Below, in pieces: positions 44,201 through 48,224 of a stretch of DNA of 50,965 bases. This stretch comes from an uncultured bacterium. GTDB lineage: Bacteria; Verrucomicrobiota; Kiritimatiellia; RFP12; UBA1067. Position 1 is the stretch's first letter, and each line of letters starts with the position of its first letter. The notes below the pieces were generated by a model. It made no database searches, was not told where the DNA came from, and was given only the letters and a program-made list of their open reading frames with translations. Both the position numbers and the translations under genes were made by a program. The stretch covers positions 1 through 50,965 of the forward strand of contig CADCPA010000133.1 in the NCBI GenBank assembly GCA_902803135.1, given 5' to 3'.

Positions 44201-47200
44201 TCACGATAAACGGCGGCACGGTCATGGCCTCCGGCGGGTATTTCTATAGCGATCCATATTACTACTGCGGCGCGGGCATCGGCGCCGCCCATTATGGCAA
44301 CGGCGGCACCATCACGATAAACGGCGGCATGGTCACAGCGGTCGGAGCTTACCTCTGTCCCGGCATCGGCGGCGGCAACAAAGGCCCTGGTGGAACCATC
44401 ACGATTATCGGTGGTGTGGTCACGGCCATCGGCGATGGCACGGAGGCCATCGGCGCCGGGGCCAACAACAGCGATTCCGGCAGCCTGTGCATCGATGGCA
44501 TGAGGGTAGGAACGGTGGACGGCGAGAACGCCGTCACCTGGGTCAATGCAGCGGATCGTATTTCCGCCTGCCATGACAGGGAACAAACGGTGGTCATTCT
44601 GGAGCCCTGCGCAAGCCACCTGGATGCGAACGACGACATGTTCTGCGACTATTGCGGCGGGTATTGCGGACCCGTTCCGCCCAGCGACGCCGACGGGGCC
44701 TTCCTCATCGCCTCGGCCAACGACTGGAACGTCTTCGCCTCCAGCGTTGCCGCCGGCATGCACTATGCCGGCGAGACTGTGAAGCTGGCCGCCGACATCG
44801 GTCCCGTCTCGACGATGGTCGGCACGGGCGACCATTCCTTCCGGGGAATCTTCGACGGCGACGGTCACACGCTGACGGTCGCCATCGACAGCGCGGAGCA
44901 GTGCGCGGCGCCGTTTAGCGGCATTGACGGCGCGACGATCCATGACCTCACCGTGGCGGGCACCGTCACGAGCAGCGCCTTCCATGCCGCCGGGCTCGTG
45001 GGCTCCTGCGGCGCAAACGGCCCGAACGTCCTCGTGAACTGCACCGTCGCCGCCACCGTCAACGGCTACGGCTACGCGGGCGGCATCGTCGGCCATGGCG
45101 GGCAGGGGACGCTCACGATGGATGGCTGCGTCTTCAGCGGCGCCGTTAACGGCTTCAGCGCCTTCGCGGGCGGACTGATGGGCTGGAGCAACTCGATGAC
45201 GCTGACCGTCGCCAACTGCCTCTCCGCCGGCACGTTCGCCCCGGCGGACGGCGGCGTGTTCCATCCCATCGCCTGCAAGCGCGCGAACCAGACTGTCACC
45301 GCCAGCGTCGCCGACGCCTACTACCTGAACACCGTCATTCCCACGACGATGGGCGGCAACCTCGTCCCCGGCGCCGAAGGCGTTCCCGTGAGCGCGTCCC
45401 TTGTTGAAGGCGGTTGGGCGACACCCGTCACGGCCGCCGACGGCAACACCTACTACGCTTGGGCGAGCGCCCCGGCGGGTCGTCTGCTCGCGCACCTGTC
45501 GTTCGACGACTACGGGAACGGCGGCTTGAATCTTCTCCGGGCCGGAGCGGGCCAAGACGCCATCGTCCGCGCCACGCCGACTACGCCAGTAGAGGGTATC
45601 GGCGAGATCGCCGCCGTCTCCGAGGCCGACATCCTCTCCGGCCTCTCCGAAGGCGACGGCGCCGCGGCGATTCCGAAGGGCCAGTACTTCGCCGTTCCGA
45701 TCCCCGCCGCGCTCCTCTCAGCCCACGGACGGCCCTACACCATCGTCATGCGGATCCGCGTCCCCAACACCGTGGGGTGGCGGGGGCTCATCAACATGCC
45801 GGCCTCGAACGACACCGATGAGATGATCTATCTGCAGCAGACCACCCGCAACGTCTATCTCAAGCAGTTCGATAAGACATCCGGTTCGGGCATCCCGGCC
45901 GCGAACGGATTCGTCGAGGCGGACCGCTGGACGACCCTTGCCTTCGCCTTCGGCGAGAACGCCACCGACATCTACCGCGACGGTACGCTCATTCTGCATA
46001 CCGACGGTAAAGCCCTAGCCGGCAGCTACGCCGACTGCGCCTCGGCCGGCGGCTACATTCTCGTCGGTGCCGACGACAACGGCGACGACGACCTCTTCTA
46101 TCTCTCCGACTTCCGTGTATACGAGGGTGCGGTCGCTGTCTCGGAACCTCTTCCCGGTTCCGGCACGCCCAAAGACCCCTACATCATTGCATCCGCCGCC
46201 GACTGGGACGCCTTTGCCTCCAACGTAAACGCCGGCGCCGATGCCGGCGCATGCTACCGCCTCGCCGCCGACATCGCCGTTACGTCAATGGTGGGTACGT
46301 TGGAACAACCGTTCAGAGGTGTATTTCACGGTAACGACTACACGTTGACCGTCAACATCAGCAGCGCGGAGGCGTTCGCGTCACCGTTCCGCCAAATCGA
46401 CGGCGCGGTGATTATGAACCTTGCTGTCGATGGCACCGTCACGAGCAGTGCCTACCATGCGTCTGGTCTCGTGGGTTCCTGCGGCAACGGTAATCCTAGT
46501 GTCATTCACAACTGCACTGTGGCCGCCACCGTCAACGGCTCCGGCTATGCGGGCGGCATCGTCGGCCACGGCGGCAACGGGACGCTTACGATAGAAGGCT
46601 GCGTCTTCAGCGGTGCGATCTCCGGATTCGCCAACCATGCCGGCGGAATCCTCGGCTGGTGCGACGCACTGACGCTGAACATAGCCAACTGTCTGACAAC
46701 GGGCACGTTCACGCCCACAGGCAATGGCAAATACCACCCGGTCGCCTGCAAATATGCGGTCGAGACCGTCGCCGCCACCATCGATCGCGCCTACTACCTC
46801 AACACCATAACGCCCAATGAGACAGGTGCCAATCTCATCTCCGGTGCTGAAGGCACCCCTGTGAGCGAGACCTACGTCGCCGGCGAATGGACACGCCCCG
46901 TGACGGCCGCCGACGGTTTCACCTATTACGTTGCGGCCACCGGCTACGAAATCTGGGCCGCCGCGAACGACGTCGCGGGTACGTGGAACGCGACGGACGC
47001 CAACGGCATCCACAACGTCTTCCGCTACGCCTTCGACAAACCGACGGGTGTGTTCACGAATCCGCCGCTTCTCTCGATCTCGTTCGACGCGAACGGCAAC
47101 CCGGTCATTCTCACGCCCCCGCTCGCGAACGCCGAAGGCTTTGACCTCTCCATCCGCGCCACCGACTCGCCCGACGGCGCGAACGGCCAGATCTATCCCC

Positions 47201-47280
47201 TCAACGCCTCTGGCGAGACGGCGATTCCCGCAAGCGGCAAGAAGTCGCGGTTCTTCCGGCTCAGGGCGGTGGAGCGGTAG
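38236..47280 (+). CDS. Giant secreted repeat protein: 6 x (head / Gly-rich beta-helix rungs / Cys-His knuckle) + GLUG + LamG + GLUG + C-terminal beta domain
   Basis: 9.07-kb ORF. The track start is GTG38206; ATG38209 is possible (GGAG 6 nt upstream). ATG38236 gives a canonical signal peptide MKTAMRKLMFAAFAAVALFTLSARA. About 35-40 rungs of the form GG.ITATGG..AGIGGG. GLUG-type motifs AAGLVGSCG / AGGIVGHGG / AGGLMGW occur twice. LamG-like LAHLSFDD...LFYLSDFRVYEG. The protein ends ...SRFFRLRAVER. Confidence 0.85.
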   Translation: MKTAMRKLMFAAFAAVALFTLSARAATVPYVDEHGASLGSASCAVITGGTKTMGSGWYAVTSNTSNSNRIEVTGSVDLILCDGATLTSYLGIEVPAGKSLTIWGQSGGTGRFNVVFPNEWSAGIGGSLRAGFGSITIRGGNISTTGHQGAAGIGGGYDGAPGTIDIRGGTITATTADDGCVGIGAGYKQGCGTITISGGTITVAGGLQAAGIGTTRDGTGGTITITGGSITATGGDSAAGIGSGLYGTLDSITITGGNIAATGGKNGAGVGTGYHSSVGTLRISGATVNATGGGSAAGVGGGASGSGTALVIENSAVTAQGGMYGAGIGSGEGYSDVSHQGFGSIAITGAGSEIHATGGLLAAGIGGGMRGGTGDVTISGGTIVATGGDGGGAGIGGGWFGGDGTVTINSGDITATAGQKCSQCYDCGAGIGGGDGRYLRSVVINGGDITAIGGYRSAGIGGGSSRFFASELENGKTLEELETNGTVYIPGVVTINSGTIWATGGEQASGIGSGGWAPGGGIVNINGGNVTATGDQYGAGIGGGWTANGGTVNIRNGTVVATGGKYGAGIGGGYEASGGTVAISGGRVAANGGYCAAGIGGGSNTTFEDSTDFGGGTVVITGGTVTATGGNGGQLEFPWPEIYGAGAGIGGGWRGSGADVTISGGTVIATPGDTGSDDTLPQAIGRGTGGDEEGALVLTPPADGSCMRAGTILYADNIHWYPGNLAYPCRQVQLSAIIESGIPHEYDAQGHCAYCGDSNGPVLPSAPYVDAGGAAQGAAIFLPLTASAASWHVSGAHGGWYAVTNDLAIPSRVTVSGNVNLILCDGASLTAPKGIEVTEGNSLTIWRQSDATGVLLTGTTNGTDATCDSGNAAIGGDSGENAGVVTVNGGNITAVAGAGAQAIGHGAGATGAGDLHLLRTMVFDGVAATEPVGHAQRDAVCRSGWARLADCLEHVYVHGICQHCGLRPPIGYYNPAGRRLQTTADYIDYLGQTALGDGWYVLFEDLETSDRITVSGDANLILCDGATWNARAGIDVGPGSSLTIWAQSNGDAIGALVAVGGDGQSGIGGTDDEAGGTVTVYGGAVSATGGIGGAGIGGGTGGSGGDFTFRGGMVTATAGTGAQAIGHGAGGDVEGGLAFAHARVYDGVAATEPVATAERENGCRGAWVRLEPCTEHALQDGFCRYCGKPAVNIYQDTTLPAAPYQSCADCTAYSGQLELSGGWYVVDSSMRVEGRIEVGGDVNLILCDDSELTAASGIHVPNGNSLTIWAQSQDDYTMGALVATGAEDGMAGIGGNPHWQANGPGGRVIVNGGKVTAIGGSYAAGIGGGRYDGGDTVTVNGGVVTVVGGARAAGLGGGGSADGGMVVINGGMVTATGGYDTAGIGSGSEGAGGSVTIRGGTVRSTGGYRGAGIGGSHHGAGGTINISGGTVVATGDYRAAGIGGGWEADGGNITISGGTVAATGGKDAAGIGGGFRGTGGNITISGGTVTATAGNRGTAIGGGYLAGDNGILNIARGCKTGLPDGSGAAVEWAPYDSRMDICRRPDDAVHVERCESHSDTDADVFCDLCGLLLQPFSTGRVAYRDSTDGDRLVQRDCALYAGQLAMTSGWYAVTESQIFNGRLAIVGDVNLILCDGAELTTTGGVHVAAGHSLTFWAQGADNGTAGRLTVTASAAGNAGIGGNVGEGGGAVTVYGGVIAATGGAGGAGIGGGAGGSGGDFALSGGMVTVAGGEDAQAIGRGGGGGDSGILALDATYRVGLRNSPGGAWEWAAPGSRTNACRDAGGAVVRLERCKDHADSDSDYRCDYCGVLLRNVSDVPYLDPVSGTRPVITNCLIYTGEQMLNGGWYAVAGRMTIEDRLEISGDVNLILRDGAELTLPAGIHVAGANSLTIWAQSDVGNACGALSAAAPDSNMAGIGGNNNESGGQVTINGGSVLAVGNHCGAGIGSGRSSEWGSGGTITINGGRITAEGGRWAAGIGGAWKASGGNITINGGTVMASGGYFYSDPYYYCGAGIGAAHYGNGGTITINGGMVTAVGAYLCPGIGGGNKGPGGTITIIGGVVTAIGDGTEAIGAGANNSDSGSLCIDGMRVGTVDGENAVTWVNAADRISACHDREQTVVILEPCASHLDANDDMFCDYCGGYCGPVPPSDADGAFLIASANDWNVFASSVAAGMHYAGETVKLAADIGPVSTMVGTGDHSFRGIFDGDGHTLTVAIDSAEQCAAPFSGIDGATIHDLTVAGTVTSSAFHAAGLVGSCGANGPNVLVNCTVAATVNGYGYAGGIVGHGGQGTLTMDGCVFSGAVNGFSAFAGGLMGWSNSMTLTVANCLSAGTFAPADGGVFHPIACKRANQTVTASVADAYYLNTVIPTTMGGNLVPGAEGVPVSASLVEGGWATPVTAADGNTYYAWASAPAGRLLAHLSFDDYGNGGLNLLRAGAGQDAIVRATPTTPVEGIGEIAAVSEADILSGLSEGDGAAAIPKGQYFAVPIPAALLSAHGRPYTIVMRIRVPNTVGWRGLINMPASNDTDEMIYLQQTTRNVYLKQFDKTSGSGIPAANGFVEADRWTTLAFAFGENATDIYRDGTLILHTDGKALAGSYADCASAGGYILVGADDNGDDDLFYLSDFRVYEGAVAVSEPLPGSGTPKDPYIIASAADWDAFASNVNAGADAGACYRLAADIAVTSMVGTLEQPFRGVFHGNDYTLTVNISSAEAFASPFRQIDGAVIMNLAVDGTVTSSAYHASGLVGSCGNGNPSVIHNCTVAATVNGSGYAGGIVGHGGNGTLTIEGCVFSGAISGFANHAGGILGWCDALTLNIANCLTTGTFTPTGNGKYHPVACKYAVETVAATIDRAYYLNTITPNETGANLISGAEGTPVSETYVAGEWTRPVTAADGFTYYVAATGYEIWAAANDVAGTWNATDANGIHNVFRYAFDKPTGVFTNPPLLSISFDANGNPVILTPPLANAEGFDLSIRATDSPDGANGQIYPLNASGETAIPASGKKSRFFRLRAVER
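38311..40530 (+). repeat. Giant-protein module 1 (head + ~17 Gly-rich rungs + partial Cys-His tail)
   Basis: Head PYVDEHG...GWYAVT...RIEVTGSVDLILCDGATLTSYLGIEVPAGKSLTIWGQS. Rungs of the form GGTITATGG..AGIGGG. Tail IPHEYDAQGHCAYCG (first Cys of the knuckle absent). Boundaries approximate. Confidence 0.7.
40531..41136 (+). repeat. Giant-protein module 2 (head + ~2 rungs + knuckle)
   Basis: APYVDAGG...GWYAVTNDL..RVTVSGNVNLILCDGASLTAPKGIEVTEGNSLTIWRQS ... CLEHVYVHGICQHCG. Confidence 0.7.
41137..41799 (+). repeat. Giant-protein module 3 (head + ~3 rungs + knuckle)
   Basis: GYYNPAG...GWYVLFEDL..RITVSGDANLILCDGATWNARAGIDVGPGSSLTIWAQS ... CTEHALQDGFCRYCG. Confidence 0.7.
41800..42945 (+). repeat. 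Giant-protein module 4 (head + ~8 rungs + knuckle)
   Basis: ...APYQSCADCTAYSGQLELSGGWYVVDSS..RIEVGGDVNLILCDDSELTAASGIHVPNGNSLTIWAQS ... CESHSDTDADVFCDLCG. Confidence 0.7.
42946..43662 (+). repeat. Giant-protein module 5 (head + ~3 rungs + knuckle)
   Basis: ...CALYAGQLAMTSGWYAVTES..RLAIVGDVNLILCDGAELTTTGGVHVAAGHSLTFWAQG ... CKDHADSDSDYRCDYCG. Confidence 0.7.
43663..44685 (+). repeat. Giant-protein module 6 (head + ~6 rungs + knuckle)
   Basis: VPYLDPVSG..CLIYTGEQMLNGGWYAVAGR..RLEISGDVNLILRDGAELTLPAGIHVAGANSLTIWAQS ... CASHLDANDDMFCDYCGGYCG. Confidence 0.7.
44686..45462 (+). repeat. GLUG-motif region, copy 1
   Basis: FLIASANDWNVFASSV...FRGIFDGDGHTLTV...AAGLVGSCGANGPNVLVNCTVAATVNGYGYAGGIVGHGGQGTLTMDGCVFSGAVNGFSAFAGGLMGW...YYLNT. 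About 60-65% aa identity by eye to copy 2. Confidence 0.7.
46165..46935 (+). repeat. GLUG-motif region, copy 2
   Basis: YIIASAADWDAFASNV...FRGVFHGNDYTLTV...ASGLVGSCGNGNPSVIHNCTVAATVNGSGYAGGIVGHGGNGTLTIEGCVFSGAISGFANHAGGILGW...YYLNT. Separated from copy 1 by the LamG-like domain (about 45463-46164). Confidence 0.7.
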
Positions 47281-47292
47281 GGAAGTGTTACC

Positions 47293-47303
47293 CCTGTTTT
47301 TTC
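47293..47303. repeat. 11-nt direct repeat CCTGTTTTTTC, left copy (flanks the low-GC vapBC cassette)
   Basis: The exact 11-mer occurs at 47293-47303 and again at 48110-48120. The copies lie 13 nt after the giant-gene stop and 13 nt after the vapC stop. Confidence 0.6.
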
Positions 47304-47429
47304 TCGGTGAACCGACAAGGTAAAACATGTACGATTACTGATTTTGCATTAAGGCGTCTTGTGCGTGGCGTGGGAATATGCTAGACTGTGAATCATAAAA
47401 ATGAGTCAAACGAATCATGCGGAGGCATT

Positions 47430-47684
47430 ATGACAACTGTCACCATACATGCTGAAGAAGATTTCGCGATCGCGCTTCGCGAATATGCAGAACGTCTTGG
47501 CAAGAGCGTCAACCAGGCCGTGAAGGACTTGCTCTCGCCGATCATCGGCTTGCACGACGGACATGCGCCCAATCGCGTGAATCAGTGGAAGGCGGTTTAC
47601 GGCTGTATTTCCAAGAAGGAATCCGCCTTCGTTCGCAAGGCCATAGCCTCGCAGCACGTCATCGACGAGGAGATGTGGAAATGA
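47430..47684 (+). CDS. vapB: Ribbon-helix-helix antitoxin (VapB-like)
   Basis: Track ORF starts at GTG47388; ATG47430 is preferred (GGAGG at 47421-47425). MTTVTIHAEEDFAIALREYAERLGKSVNQAVKDLL is an RHH pattern. ATGA overlap with the toxin start at 47681. Confidence 0.75.
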   Translation: MTTVTIHAEEDFAIALREYAERLGKSVNQAVKDLLSPIIGLHDGHAPNRVNQWKAVYGCISKKESAFVRKAIASQHVIDEEMWK

Positions 47685-48097
47685 AATGCCCGCTGCTGCT
47701 GGATGCGAATGCGCTGATTTCCCTCTTCGACGGCTCTGATCCCGAACTGGAGCGTGCGCTTTGCGGCGCGGAGGAGTTGATTGTGCCAGTGGTCGCGTAT
47801 GCGGAGGTTGTGGCAGGGACGGAAATGGACACCAAGCGCGCCCGGACGACGTTGGACGCTCTCTTGAAGCTCATGTCGATGCCCAACACACGGCTCTTGC
47901 CGGTGACCGAGGCGACCGTAAGGTATTACTCGAAGACGTACAATCAGTTGAAGAAGAATGGAACGCCCATTCCAACGAATGACATCTGGATTGCCGCAGC
48001 CACGCTTGAAGCAGGCGGTGTCTTGTTTACTCACGACCGGCATTTCCTCAATATCCCGATGTTCGACACGATTGGGCTGGAGGATGCTTCATTGTAA
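47681..48097 (+). CDS. vapC: PIN-domain toxin VapC
   Basis: Track ORF 47585-48097 trimmed to ATG47681. 138 aa with all four PIN acidic residues in the usual context: D8 (LLLDAN), E42 (AYAEV), D101 (TNDIWIAA), D119 (THDRHF). Confidence 0.88.
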   Translation: MKCPLLLDANALISLFDGSDPELERALCGAEELIVPVVAYAEVVAGTEMDTKRARTTLDALLKLMSMPNTRLLPVTEATVRYYSKTYNQLKKNGTPIPTNDIWIAAATLEAGGVLFTHDRHFLNIPMFDTIGLEDASL

Positions 48098-48109
48098 CCG
48101 CCTTTTTTT

Positions 48110-48120
48110 CCTGTTTTTTC
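48110..48120. repeat. 11-nt direct repeat CCTGTTTTTTC, right copy
   Basis: See the left copy at 47293-47303. Confidence 0.6.
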
Positions 48121-48123
48121 CTC

Positions 48124-48153
48124 TTGCATAACGGGGGGAGAATTTGAGATAAT
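48124..48153 (+). promoter_or_regulatory. Candidate promoter of the choice-of-anchor A gene: TTGCAT - 15 nt - TGaGATAAT
   Basis: TTGCAT at 48124-48129, TG at 48145-48146, GATAAT at 48148-48153, in an AT-rich intergenic region. A G6 tract (48133-48138) lies in the spacer. Confidence 0.3.
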
Positions 48154-48224
48154 ATCTTCACTATTACCCATCTTAGGCTCGTTCCCCGCAAGGGAGTTTC
48201 TATATAATTATAAGGAGAGTTTCC

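Noticed and set aside
38600-44400. Regularly recurring GGCATCGGCGGCGGC-type sequence considered as a possible CRISPR array, microsatellite or non-coding repeat
   Set aside because: The repeats are in frame and encode the AGIGGG rung motif. Spacing is variable (about 57-66 nt plus insertions). There are no unique spacers of constant length and no cas genes, so this is a coding protein repeat.
43474-45555. 693-aa minus-strand ORF inside the giant gene (also 40603-42129, 38155-39504 and 46381-47328)
   Set aside because: Where I checked phase (43474-45555), it is the codon-aligned complement of the giant gene. All four are Arg/Ala/Gly-rich low-complexity translations. The sense frame carries coherent repeat and domain structure and a signal peptide.
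46936-47280. C-terminus of the giant protein checked for PEP-CTERM, LPXTG or T9SS-type sorting signals
   Set aside because: The tail ...ASGKKSRFFRLRAVER has no PEP motif followed by a TM and Arg cluster, no LPXTG and no hydrophobic terminal helix. I cannot call a sorting signal.
38236-47280. Diversity-generating retroelement (template/variable repeat pair) considered as an explanation for the duplicated segments
   Set aside because: There is no reverse transcriptase gene in the window. Paralogous segments differ at all base types rather than at adenine-specific positions.
48133-48138. G6 tracts in promoter regions (48133-48138 in the spacer of the candidate choice-of-anchor A promoter; 34414-34419 just upstream of the TGGTATAAT at 34423) considered as phase-variation switches
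   Set aside because: Six Gs is short for slipped-strand switching and is expected by chance several times in 51 kb at ~65% GC. It is worth a glance in population data but is not supportable from the sequence alone.
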